Below the pieces are notes generated by a model that worked only from the letters and a program-made list of their open reading frames with translations, was not told the DNA's origin and made no database searches. A program made the translations under genes and the position numbers. Below, one piece after another: positions 1 through 48,116 of a DNA stretch of 64,000 bases. Position 1 is the stretch's first letter. Every line of letters begins with the position of its first letter. Origin of the DNA: the human T2T-CHM13v2.0 reference genome, Homo sapiens; the NCBI RefSeq assembly GCF_009914755.1, contig NC_060943.1; one strand, 5' to 3'.

Positions 1-7
1 TTGTTAG

Positions 8-202
<195 letters not shown>

Positions 203-1109
203 TAGAAACTAGGTCTCACTATGTTGCCCAGGGTGGTCATAGCCCAAGATTTTGGTCTCCAGCGATCTATCTGCCTTGGCCACCCCAGTGCTGGGATTAA
301 GGCGTAAGAAACTGTGCTCGGCCAAATGAACGAAACTTAGTGGGAGGACGGGCGTGGTGGCTCACACCTGTAATCCCAGCACTTGGGAGGCTGAGGGGGG
401 TGGATCACCTGAGCTCAGGAGTTCAAGACCAGCCTGGACAACATGGTGAAACGCTGTCTCTACTAAAAATACAAAAAATTAGCCGGGCATGATACTCCCA
501 CTCTCATAGTGAGAGAAAGATTCTTTCTTAAGGATTCTACCTGCTGGAAAGCATTATATACTGCCAGCACTTGTTCAATACAAGACTTTCTGGTTTCATC
601 TCCATGTCCTGTTTCCCAGGCTGGAGTGCAGTGGTGGGATCATAGCTCACTGCAGAAACTCCTGGGCTCAAGGGATCCTCCTGCCTTAGCCTCCCAAGTA
701 GCTGGGAATAAAGGCACATGCCAACATGCCCGACTGTTTTTAAATTTTTTTGTACATATGGAGTCTCACTATATTGCCCAGGCTGTTCTTGAACTCCCAG
801 GCTCAAGTGACCCCCCCCCACCTCAGCCTCCCAAAGTGCTGAGATTACAGTCATGGACCAATACTCCCAGCCCTGAAACAGATATATTTCAAAGGGAGAA
901 CATCTAATGTTCAAGTTGGTATCTATAGAGCAGTTAACCGGAACTATCATTTAGGGTCTGTGGGATTCTAGGACACTAGGTATGAAACAAATATGAGGAA
1001 GGTCAGAGAACAAGCTGACTTAATGATTAATGCTGAAGGTGCTGCAAGCTTGGTTTAAGTTTTCCTCCTCCCATCCTCCCTGATGAATTTGATAAAGTTT
1101 AAAGGGATG

Positions 1110-1295
1110 GTTTCACCAGGGGCTTTTTCCATTGACTGCAAGGAGGTCATCCTGCCTGGTAAATCCTCAGTAGGCCAAGCCTCTTATGTGGCGGAATGAT
1201 CCAGTCGATGAGGAAATATCACCACCTGTTATGTTTTACAATTAGACCATCCAAGGGGGTCAGGGTTTCCCCAGGTAGTTTGGTGAGAGAGAGAG

Positions 1296-1331
<36 letters not shown>

Positions 1332-2100
1332 GAGACAGTGTCTTGCTGAAGTGCAGTAGCCTGATCATAGCTCACAGCAGCCTCAAACTTTGAGGCTCAA
1401 GTGATCCTCCTGCCTCAGCCTCCTGACTAGCTGAGACTATAGGTACACACCACCTCTCCAGGCTAATTCTAAACAAAGATGTATGGAGTTGGGAGGGTCT
1501 CACTTCACTGCTCAGGGTGATCTCCAACTTCTGTCTTCAAGTGCTCCTCCCACTTTGGCCTCCCAAAATGTTGGGATTACAGGCGTGAGCCATGGTATCC
1601 GGCCTCCCAGGCTGTTGTTGAAAGGTTTTTGCAATCTCTCAGAGTTATGCAGCAGTTTATTCCCTCACAGTGATACTCTCATCCTTTGACCCCATTTTGC
1701 AGCAGTGGTTGAGCGTTCACTTTTCTTTCCATAAGGGGGTGAGCTTGCCGGTGACTCTCTTCCCCCTCCTCATCAATGACTTCTTTGTCATCAGAGCCTT
1801 CCTCTTCATAAATTCCCACGGAATCCAAGTTTTCACGTCCCAATCGGGCTTAGTTATGATAGCCACAGGCCCACACCAGCTGCCACAGCACCCCCGTCCC
1901 ATGGAAACCGCCCGACTCTCTTCTCCCCAAGCGTCCTGTCCCGGGAGCCCCCATCTCTGCTCTCCCGGGCTCCGGGCCCTAGATCCGCGCTGCTGTAGAG
2001 CCCAGTTCCCAGAGTAGCTCCCTCCACCTGTCCACATCCAGCTCCAGCTCTCCACCCTCTCTCCAGGCCTGGAGTTGCTGCAGTGTCACTGATCAGGGGA
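1110..2100 (-). mobile_element. Degenerate class III (ERVL/HERV-S-like) gag remnant, interrupted by an Alu and (GA)n(GT)n
   Basis: Minus-strand translation with stops gives TVRE*TAA*L*EIAKTFQQQPG (~1610-1680) and SLIDWII..EAWPTEDLPGRMTSLQSMEKA (~1125-1215). Both resemble ERVL/HERV-S gag motifs (recall). The family name is not verified. Confidence 0.45.
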
Positions 2101-2263
2101 CCCTCAGCTGCCACCTCCACCGCGATCTGAAAGTCTTTTAAATGCACTTAAGTTATCTTAGAATTTTCCTCGCCCATTTTATACATAAACATAGGAGGAG
2201 AGCAGGGGTTTGAGGGTGTTTGTCTCATGGAACTGATCAGTCGGGTGAGAAGTAGCTGAATAA

Positions 2264-2279
2264 CCTGCAGGGGGCAGCA
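2264..2279 (+). promoter_or_regulatory. CTCF-like motif
   Basis: CCTGCAGGGGGCAGCA, one mismatch to CCASYAGRKGGCRSYA; a paralogous copy lies at 23292-23307. Confidence 0.4.
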
Positions 2280-3145
2280 GAGCCCCAGGCCAGTGACTCC
2301 ACGCCGAGGCCAGTGTGGATCCTGCAAAGGAAGAGAAAGAGAGATTCCCTGGGGTCTTCCCGGGCAGCCCGCCCTCCCCTACAAGTGGCCTCCAGCCGCT
2401 CAGAGCAGCTCCAGAAGGAGTGTGGATTCCGAGAAGCTGCAGAGCCCTGGAAAGCAGAAGAGACGTGCAGACGCCTTTGTGGGGTTCTGTCCTTTCTGGT
2501 GTTGTACCTCCGGAGCCTGGGGCTGTCTTCTGGGCAGGGTTTGGGGTTTGACACGCATGGGGTCGCTGGAGGCAGAGTTGTTTGTATATATAAAGAGAAT
2601 GTGTGAATATCAGGCTAGAGACAGAATTGTTTGGGGGCGACACCTGGATAAAGGGTTCATGAAGTTGACAGTTTATTTAGGTCAGAAGGTTAAATTAACC
2701 CCAGGTGAGAGTTTCCTGCTGGTGAAAATGAAGATCTGGAAGCAGGGAGCATTTTCACACTGTGAGGAGGGGATGGGGGTGTGTGAGCAAGGCTTGGCCA
2801 TGCCTCATTCCCAATTCCGGCCCGCTCAAGGACATGTGCCTCTCCTGATGCAGTCGTGCCTGGCCTGGTCTCGGTTCCCCTGCTGCTCTGAGGCCAGCAG
2901 ATGGCTCCTATGGACACTGAGTCTGAAATTCCCTGCACACTCCTGTGACCCCGTGCAGAACGAAGGAGCGGGGAAAATCCCTTGAGTGAGGAAGACGCTA
3001 GTGTTCTCTTATATCTGTAGCAAGTCTGGCTGAAATGCAAATATCCAATAATCAGAGTACAGGAAGCACCTCGCCCTTAGAGAAGCTGTGGCTAGAATCC
3101 GTCAAGTCAGTCTGGCTCTGCCGGGCCTGATACCCAAGGCTTCCG

Positions 3146-3215
3146 CTGTCACTCAGAAGTGAGGGGCGGGGCCTAGCATTCCATCCAATCAGAGGTGCCG
3201 GGGCAGGGCCCTGCC
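3146..3215 (+). promoter_or_regulatory. ZNF763 core promoter: PBX-PREP1-type decamer, GC box, CCAAT box
   Basis: CTGTCACTCA (reverse complement TGAGTGACAG) 3146-3155, GGGGCGGGGC 3163-3172, CCAAT 3185-3189, upstream of the ATG exon. Confidence 0.75.
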
Positions 3216-3418
3216 CATTGTTTATCCAGGCACAGAGTGGGTCGCATTCCTGTCCTCACCTTTGTCCTTGCGCAGCCGGTGGTTGATATCCGCTGTATCC
3301 ATCCCCGAGAGGGACCTGGTACCTCTACCCAGGTTTCTATCGCTCTGTCTCCTGCGCTGTGCCCTTCTGTAGTCACAGGAGCTGTAGAGAGGACCCCAGG
3401 ACATCTGAAAGCCAGGAA

Positions 3419-18339
<14,921 letters not shown>

Positions 18340-18386
18340 AAGCAGGTGAATCACCTGAGGTCAGGAGTTCAAGACTGGCCTGATCA

Positions 18387-18572
<186 letters not shown>

Positions 18573-20954
18573 TCAAAAAAAAAAAAAAAAAAAGACTTGG
18601 CCTTGTGGTGAGGGGATGTCAGCTCTAGACTCCTGGAGCTGTTTTTGCCTTATTCTCTAAAGACTAAAATATTTCATAAAATGTATGGGTGCTGTTTACC
18701 AGAAAGTACGTTGGGTAAAACATAGAAATTCATTTATACCTTAGAAAGCTATTTTTTTCAGGTTGGTTTAGTGAGTCACAGGAAGCTAATAAATTACAAT
18801 AATAATGTAAATTGTCTAAATACAGCCTTTTCTTTCTCTGATAATGTGCTGTTGATACTAACTTGTCAACAGCCTGTTTATTTCAGCCATGTAAAGTTAA
18901 TGGCAACATGGAAAAGTCACTTTTATATGTTATGCAATGGCATGGAAAAATTCATTTTCATTAAGGTTCCAATGAAGCTGCTCTTCAGAAACGCTTATTT
19001 AAAACTCCCTAAGGTCAAAGTCCAGGCATCACGGGATGCAGCATCAATCACTGACCAAACCCTGTCTGTGTGTGGAGATGACATACCCAGTCCCAGATAA
19101 TGTATCCACATCAGTGAAGGGTGGAATCATTGATTGTCAGATCACACAGCATGATTCACAGCAGGGAAGACAGGGCAGTGACAGAGGTGGGGGCACCTGA
19201 GCAGGTACGGTGGCTCACACCTGTAATCTTAGCACTTTGGGAGGCCAAGGAGAGTGGATCACTTGAGGTCAGGAGTTCAAGACCAGCCTGGCCAACATGG
19301 TGAAACCTTAAGAAATAGATAAATTAGCTGGGCATCGTGGTGTAATCCCTGTAATCCCAGATACTCAGGAGGCTGAGGCAGGAGAATCGCTTGAGCCTGG
19401 GAGGTGGTTGTTACACTGAACTGAGATCACACCATTGCACTCTCCAACCTAGTCGACAGAGCAAGACTCTGTCTCAAAATGAAAAAAACAAGAGTTGGGT
19501 GCACCTGAATCCAACCCCTGCCTTATCCTCCCTTGAAGGCCAAATACACCCTGACACTTTTAACCAAACAGTAGAAACAACACCATCCACTTGACCCCAA
19601 ATGTGACTTTCCACAGGATGCAAGCACAATGTTGGAATGGCCAATGACAGTGACAATGAAAGTGCAGGGTGAGGGTGATGAACAGGACACACTGGAGAGC
19701 CTGACATTGGCCTAGACTATGGAGGTGTCTTGATGTTTCACAAAAAGCCCAAGGACCAACCCAAAGAGACACTGGAGCACAGGCCCAAAGGGTGTTCATA
19801 TGCCAGGAAGGCTACTAATTTTAGAAGGCAGTGATGGTGCCTGTTTGAGTCCGGATGCTTTATAACTTCTGCTTTTCTGCATCTGCTTAGACAAAGAAAT
19901 CTGCAGTTTTTGAGTTTCAGTGTTTAGAAGTAAGTTATTTTAGCAATCTACACACTTGTGGTTTATTCTGAGCTAACTTCAGACACACAGCTACAGATAG
20001 GGAATATCACGAGTATTTCCAAGGCTAAAAGTCTTCATGAAGTCAGTGGGACCCTCTCATGGGAGGGTTTTAAGACCCACAATCAAAAAGGTGGGGAAAC
20101 ATTAGAGTGGAAAGAGGGCAGCAGGTCAGGGGCCTTCCCCAGAGGTCTAACACACCCAACATTATTACCCTGGATGAAAACCAATACATATCATAACACC
20201 ACACACACTCTTCAATGTTTCACAGACAAAATGAAATGTATTCAAAGCTAAGCTTCCAGAATTCCACTTTACACAATAAGGTTTTAATATCACTCTGTGT
20301 TGATGTTAGGCAATTACTAAATAGCATTTTCTGGTTATCTATGGAAAATACCTTGATTTCTGGGATATGAAAATGCTCATTTTTAGATATGCTTGTTTTT
20401 GAACTTTTTTTAATAAAATAAGGTGAGAAAACAGGAAAAAAATTTTCAGATCAAGGAACTTAGGCGAATTAATAGGAGAAAAGTCATACAAATTTATTTA
20501 ACATGTATATATGGGAGCCTTCAGAATGAGGACCCACCCAACAATAAGACAAAAAAGCTTACATACCATTCTGAGGCCAGGAAAAATGCAGACTTGGCAT
20601 GGCCAAAAAAATTCCAGGTTTGGTGGGGAAGTCATTTTTAATGGCAAGACAGATTATGCTAAAGGAAAGGAAGAAGCTTGGCTAGCAAAGGAGACCTTGT
20701 TATGTAGATGAAGGCTCCCTCAGAGAGAATAGGTGGGAAATGCTGCTTTTCAGACTTTTATTTAGAATTTTAAGTAATAGAGTCAGGATTATGCTGTGTT
20801 GCCCAGGCTGTTCTCTAATTCTTTGTCTCAAGCAGTCCTCACAGCTCAGTCTCCCAAAGTGCTAGGATTCCAGGCATGAGTCACCATGTCCAGACAGGGT
20901 TTGTCCCCTTGTAAAGAATTATTCATTGCTGGGCACAGTGATTCACAGTGACGT

Positions 20955-21276
20955 CTGCCTGGCATCTGCCTGTAAAGGAAGCATGGCACCAGCATCTGCT
21001 CAGCTTCTGGTGAAGGCCTCAGGAAGCTTTCAATCATAGCGGAAGGTGAACGGGGAGCAGGCAGTCACATGGCGAAAGCAGGAGTGAGACAGAGAGAGTG
21101 GTGTAGGAAGGTGCAGCTCACTAGAACTCACTGATTATCACAAAGACAGCAACAAGCCATGAGAGAAACAAGCCATAGGTCCCCCTGACCCAAACAACTC
21201 CCATCAGGACTCACCTCCAACACTGGGGATTGCAGTTCCTCATGACATTGGGTGGGAACATACATTCAAACTATCA
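20955..21276. mobile_element. MST-type (ERVL-MaLR) LTR fragment
   Basis: ggaagcatggcaccagcatctgctcagcttctggtgaaggcctcaggaagctt...aaactatca. Confidence 0.75.
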
Positions 21277-22527
<1,251 letters not shown>

Positions 22528-22656
22528 TTAGACCCCTGCCTTATCACAAGGACAGAGGGCTTTCTGTATCCTAAGGTTCTTGCCTTGGTATACTGGAAGA
22601 ATTGTATCACACGTGGGCTTGGAGAATGAGTGCAAGTTTTTTCTTTTTTTTTCTGA

Positions 22657-22761
<105 letters not shown>

Positions 22762-22949
22762 TGAGTAGCTGGGATTACAGGCACCTGCCACCATGCCCAG
22801 CTAATTTTTGTACTTTTAGTAGAGATGGGGTTTTGTCATGTTGGCCAGGATGGTCTGCAACTCCTGACCTCAGGTTATCCCCCCATCTACGCCTCCCAAA
22901 ATGCTGGGATTACAGATGTGAGCCACTGCGCCCGGCCGAAAATGCGAAC

Positions 22950-23920
22950 TTTCTCCTTTGGGTACTACCATTTTGGTGGGCATCAGATCCATGCCCGAGC
23001 TCTGTGGGCGCTGCTGCCTCTCTCCACCTCAGGCACCACATCCCAGGAGCCCCAATCCCACTGCCTGGCTTGTGCTTTAGAACAGCTGCTGCTGCAGGGC
23101 CCTCAGCTGCCACTACCAAGTTGCGATTTAGAAGTCTTTTAATGCATTTAAATATCTTAGAATTTGTCTTCCCCACTTTATACACACAATCATGAGGAGA
23201 GCAGGGACTCTATTGGTGTCTTATTCACACAGTGGGATTGAGGGTGTTTGTCTCATGAAACTGATCAATGAAGTGAGAAACAGCTGAATAACCTACAGGG
23301 GGCAGCAGAGCCTGAGGCCAGTGTGGGCCTGCAAAGGAAGGGAAAGGGAGTTCCTTGGGGGCTTCCGGGGCTCCCCGCCTTCCCCTGCAGGTGGCCTCCA
23401 GCTGCCCAGAACAGCTGCAGAGAGTGTGGATTCTGAGAAGCTGCAGGGCCCTGGAAAGCAGGAGACCCACGTGCAGGTGCGCTTAGGGGGTTCCATCCTT
23501 TCTGAGGTTGCCCTTCTGGAGCCTGGGGCCATTTTCTGGGAAGTGTTTTGGTTTTGACATGTATAGGGTCGCTGGGGTCAGAATGTAATTGTTACATATG
23601 AAGAAAATCTGTGAAGGTCAGCCTCAGTGAGACTTGTTGGGTTTGTCTTATAACAGGGTTTATGAAATTGACAGTTTATTTAGGTCAGAGCTTAAATTAT
23701 CACCAGGTGAGAGTTTCCTGCTGAGGAAAATGAAGATCTGGAAGGAGAGAGCATTTCTACACTGTGAGGGGGCGCGGAGTGGGGGTGAGGGGAGCGAAGA
23801 TGAGGATGCTTTGGCTTTGCCTCATCTGCATTTCTGGCTCTCTGGAGGACATCTGCTTCTCCCTCCTGGTGTGGTCATTCTTGGCCTGGTCTGGGTTCCC
23901 TTCCTGCTCTGAGGCAAAGG
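22950..23920 (+). repeat. Paralogous duplicate of the ZNF763 upstream block (~1950-2900)
   Basis: Collinear similarity, e.g. 2100 ccctcagctgccac..gtcttttaaatgcacttaag vs 23100 cctcagctgccac..gtcttttaatgcatttaaa. Confidence 0.85.
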
Positions 23921-24371
23921 GGGTGGCTTTGTGGGGGCAATAGGCCCTTGGTGTCTGTCCTAAAGGTTTGCTGAAAACTCATTGACATGAGGCAGTTGGA
24001 GTAACTCTGAAAAGGCATACAAATTTATTTAGTGTATACACACAAGAGCCTTCAGAATGAAGACTCCCCAGCAATAACACAGAAAAGCTTATATACCATC
24101 CTGAGGACAGCAAAGAATGCAGACTCATTATGGTCCAAAAATCACATGTTATGTTGGCAAATCGGATGTAGTGGCAAGACATCTTCTGAGAGAGGGAAAG
24201 AAAGGGGCTTGGCTAGCAAAGATGGACTGTTATATAAATGAAGCCTCTCACAGAGAGAAGAGAAATGCTTCTTTTCCAACTTTTTAACATTTTTCTTTTT
24301 ATTTGGATACTTAAATAATGAAGGTGGGAGTCTCCCTGTGTTGACCAGGCCTTCAACTCCTTGCTTTAAGG

Positions 24372-24913
24372 CAGGGATGTCCAATCTTTTGCCTTCCCTG
24401 GGCCACACTGAAAGAAGAATTGTCTTGGGCCACACATAAAACAAAGCTGATGAGCTAAAAAAAAAAAAAGAAAAAAGAAAAAAGAAAAGAAAGAAAAAAA
24501 ATCGCAAAAAAACTGTATTTTTTTTTTTTAGCCAGAGTCTCACTCTGTCGCCCACACTGGAGTGTAGTGGTGTAATCTTGGCTCACTGCAACCTCCACCT
24601 TCGGGTTCAAGCGATTCTCCTGCCTCAGCCTCCTGAGTACCTGGGACTACAGACGCCTGCCACCACACCTGGCTAATTTTTGTATTTTTAGTAGAGATGG
24701 GGTTTCACATATTGGCCAGGCTGGTCTTGAACTCCTGACCTTGTAATCTGCCTGCCTCGGCCTCCCAAAGTGCTGGGATTACAGGCGTGAGCCACAGTGC
24801 ACGGCAGAAAATCGCAAAAAAAATTTTTAAATATTTTAAGAAAGTTTACTAATTTGTGTTGGGCTGTATTCAAAGCCGTCCTTAGCCCGCAGGCCATAGG
24901 TTGGACAAGCTTG
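24372..24913. mobile_element. MER30 (hAT-Charlie MITE) with an Alu inside, itself inserted in an Alu monomer
   Basis: Termini cagggatgtccaa...ttggacaagcttg; perfect 8-bp TSD ctttaagg (24364-24371, 24914-24921). Confidence 0.85.
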
Positions 24914-25164
24914 CTTTAAGGGATCCTCCAGCCTCGGCCTCCGGAATTGCTGGGATAGGAGGCGTGAGTCACGGCTTCCTACCTGTGTTCAGGTTTTAAA
25001 GACGTCAGACCCCGAATCTCTACTAGTTCCAGTGAAGGGAAATAAGCAGGGAGGAGGCCATGGCTTTGTTAACGGAGATTCTCCGCAGATGCGCATTTTC
25101 CTCCCAAAGGCACCTTTGCAAGACCACACTGTTGGCCAAGCGGCCACGATTTCAAAATATGTCA

Positions 25165-25487
<323 letters not shown>

Positions 25488-25732
25488 TTAATTTCCTTCA
25501 CCTCCGTTGGACTCTTGAGTCTGGAATTCCCTACACACATTTGTGACCCTGTGCAGGACGAAGGACCCCATTGAGTGAAAAAGACAACAGTGTCCCTTAT
25601 AGCAGTTAGGAGCAAGTTTGGCTCAAATGCCAGTATCCGAAGAGCAGGGAGCTGAAAGTGAGCCCATTTAGGGAACCTGCGGCTGGAATAGCAGCGACCG
25701 GCTCTGCAGCGCCCTGTTACCCGGGGCTTCTG

Positions 25733-25800
25733 CTGTCACTCAGGGCTGAGGGGGCGGGGTAGGATGCCCTATCCAATCGGGGTGCTGGGGCGGGGCCCTG
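25733..25800 (+). promoter_or_regulatory. Promoter cassette of the relic gene (decamer, GC boxes, CCAAT) within a CpG island (~25680-26360)
   Basis: CTGTCACTCA 25733-25742, GGGGCGGGG ~25751, CCAAT 25773-25777, second GC box ~25787; same order and spacing as in the ZNF763 promoter. Confidence 0.75.
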
Positions 25801-26014
25801 CCAACTGTTTAATCCGCCGGAAGGAGGGCGCAGCATTGCCGGTCTTCTCATTGCCTGGCTGCTAGAGGAAACCCGAAGTCGGGATTCTTTCTTTCCTGCT
25901 CTGAGAGGGACCAGGTCCCTCCTCCGTAGCTTTTGTCTCTCTATTGCCTGCGCCGTGTCCTGGACTGCTCACGGGAGTTCTGCAGGAGACGCCGGAATAT
26001 CTGGAAGCTGAAAA

Positions 26015-40030
<14,016 letters not shown>

Positions 40031-40431
40031 GTAATTTACACTTACAAAATGAAGCAATGTCTTTCTAGAAAATCTTAGAATGTGAGACTATGTTTAAAAA
40101 AAAAAAAAAAGGCTGGGCGCGGTGGCTCACAGCGCATTTTGGGAGGCTGAGGCAGGCGGATCACAAGGTCAGGAGATCGAGACCATCCTAACACGGTGAA
40201 ACCCCGTCTCTACTAAAAATTAGCAGGGCATGGTGGCACGTGCCTGTAGTCTCAGCTACTCGGGAGGCTGAGGCAGGAGAATTGCCTGAACCTGGGAGCA
40301 GAGGTTGCAGTGAGCCGAGATCTCGCCATCGCACTCCAGCCCGGGCGACAGAGTGAGACTCTGTCTCACAAAAAAAATAAGAAAAGCAAATGAAGGAAAT
40401 AAGCCCAGCATCAAATTTGTTTATTTATTAG

Positions 40432-40653
<222 letters not shown>

Positions 40654-41662
40654 TAAACTCCTGGCCTGAAGTGATCTGCCTACCTCGGCCTCCCAAAGTG
40701 CTGGGATTACAGGCATTAGCCGCCGCGCCTGGCCACTTTTTCTTTTTCTTTTTCTTTTTTTTTTTTTTTTTTGAGATGGAGTCTTGCTCTGTCGCTCAGG
40801 CTGGAGTGCGATGGCCCAATCTCGATCTCCTGACCCTGTTGATCTGCCTGCCTTGGCCTCCCAAAGTGCCGGATTACAGGCGTGAGCCATCGCGCCTGGC
40901 TGCCACATTTATTTATTCTTAACACATTTTATCTAAAATCCTATATTTCAGTGTGACATAAACTGGGCACAGTGGGTCACACCTGTAATCCAACTATTTG
41001 GAGGTAGAGGTGGAAGGATTGCTAGAGGCCTGGAGTTTGAGAACAGCCTGGGCAAAACAGCAAGACTTCATAACAACAAAGAAGTAGCTAGACGCTGTGG
41101 CATGTACCTGTAGTTCTAGCTGCTCAGGAGGCTGAGTCAGAATCACTTCAGCCCAGGAGTTTGAGGCTGCTGTAAACCACAGTGATGCCACTACACTCCA
41201 GCCTGGGCAACAGGATGACCCCCATTCAAGAAAAATGATAGAGGTTTAGTATTTGTAAAGTACTCTATGGGAAAATAGTATTAAGAATTTCCAGGCCAGG
41301 CACAGTGGCTCATGCATGTAATCCCAGCACTTTGGGAGGCCAAGGTGAGTGGATCACGAGGTCAGGAGTTCGAGACCAGCCTGGCCAGTATGGTGAAACC
41401 CCGTCTCTACTAAAAATGTAAAAATTAGCCGGGCATGGTGGTACTCAGCTGTAGTCCCAGCTACTTGGGAGGCTGAGGCACAGCCTCAATCTTGAACCCG
41501 GGAGGCGGAGGTTGCAGTGAGCCGTGCGTGCCACTGCACTCCAGCCTGGTCAACAGAGCGAGACTTTGTATTAAAAAAAAAAAAAAAATTTCTATATAGG
41601 GTCAGGCATGGTGGCTCACACCTGTAATCCCAGCACTTTGGGAAGCAGAGGCAGTTGGATCA

Positions 41663-42709
<1,047 letters not shown>

Positions 42710-43239
42710 TCAAGTTATCTTGGGACCTTGACAGGAGGAAAATTCACTCAACTCATACAGGTATTTGCAGGCATAGATAAGTCTGTGGCTGGGCTTCAAG
42801 GCTTTAAAAAGTACAATCTGAGATTCCTTAGTGAACAAAGTTTCAGCAAAGCCAATTTTTAAAAAGAGTTTAGTCTCAGAACTAGGAAATTGGCTAAAAA
42901 GATATGGGACAAGATATTTAAATTTGCCTTTTTCTGTCTATCCCAATCTAACAACCTCTGACCCAAATCTCTTGCTGCTAATGACCCCATGTCTGATTGG
43001 TTTTCAGAGCTGCTTTTTTTTTTTTTTTTTTTTTATACTTTAAGTTTTAGGGTACATGTGCACATTGTGCAGGTTAGTTACATACATATACATGTGCCAT
43101 GCTGGTGTGCTGCACCCACTAACTCGTCATCTAGCATTAGGTATATCCCCCAGTGCTATCCCTCCCCCCTCCCCCCACCCCACAACAGTCCCCAGAGTGT
43201 GATGTTCCCCTTCCTGTGTCCATGTGTTCTCATTGTTCA

Positions 43240-47036
<3,797 letters not shown>

Positions 47037-47099
47037 TATGATGTTAGCTGGTTATTTTGCTCGTTAGTTGATGCAGTTTCTTCCTAGTCTCGATGGTCT

Positions 47100-48116
47100 T
47101 TACATTTTGGCATGATTTTGCAGCGGCTGGTACCGGTTGTTCCTTTCCATGTTTAGTGCTTCCTTCAGGAGCTCTTTTACAGCAGGCCTGGTGGTGACAA
47201 AATCTCTCAGCATTTGCTTGTCTGTAAAGTATTTTATTTCTCCTTCACTTATGAAGCTTAGTTTGGCTGGATATGAAATTCTGGGTTGAAAATTCTTTTC
47301 TTTAAGAATGTTGAATATTGGCCCCCACTCTCTTCTGGCTTGTAGGGTTTCTGCCGAGAGATCTGCTGTTAGTCTGATGGGCTTCCCTTTGAGGTTAACC
47401 CGACCTTTCTCTCTGGCTGCCCTTGACATTTTTTCCTTCATTTCAGCTTTGGTGAATCTGACAATTATGTGTCTTGGAGTTGCTCTTCTCGAGGAGTATC
47501 TTTGTGGCTTTCTCTGTATTTCCTGAATCTGAACGTTGGCCTGCCTTGCTAGATTGGGGAAATTCTCCTGGATAATATCCTGCAGAGTGTTTTCCAACTT
47601 GGTTCCATTCTCCCCATCACTTTCAGGTACACCAATCAGACGTAGATTTGGTCTTTTCACATAGTCCCATATTTCTTGGAGGCTTTGCTCGTTTCTTTTT
47701 ATTCTTTTTTCTCTAAACTTTCCTTCTCGGTTCATTTCATTCATTTCATCTTCCATTGCTGATACCCTTTCTTCCAGTTGATCGCATCGGCTCCTGAGGC
47801 TTCTGCATTCTTCACGTAGTTCTCGAGCCTTGGTTTTCAGCTCCATCAGCTCCTTTAAGCACTTCTCTGTATTGGTTATTCTAGTTATACATTATTCTAA
47901 ATTTTTTTCAAAGTTTTCAACTTCTTTGCCTTTGGTTTGAATGTCCTCCCGTAGCTCAGAGTAATTTGATCGTCTGAAGCTTTCTTCTCTCAGCTCGTCA
48001 AAGTCATTCTCCGTCCAGCTTTGTTCCGTTGCTGGTGAGGAGCTGCGTTCCTTTGGAGGAGGAGAGGCGCTCTGATTTTTAGAGTTTCCAGTTTTTCTGT
48101 TCTGTTTTTTCCCCAT
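47100..48116 (-). pseudogene. L1 ORF1 (338 codons) with a single nonsense codon at 47892-47894
   Basis: MGKKQNRK..EKNLE* then the same frame to ..QNHAKM*; span 1017 nt. Confidence 0.92.

Noticed and set aside
2293-2985. 230-aa ORF upstream of ZNF763
   Set aside because: Non-ATG start, no recognisable domain, and the frame is not preserved in the paralogous block at 23.3-23.9 kb.
18600-20420. Unassigned sequence downstream of ZNF763 (possible distal 3' UTR, MER21-like piece, AATAAA ~20412); similarly 51700-52920
   Set aside because: Could not be assigned reliably by eye; most likely old repeats and UTR sequence.
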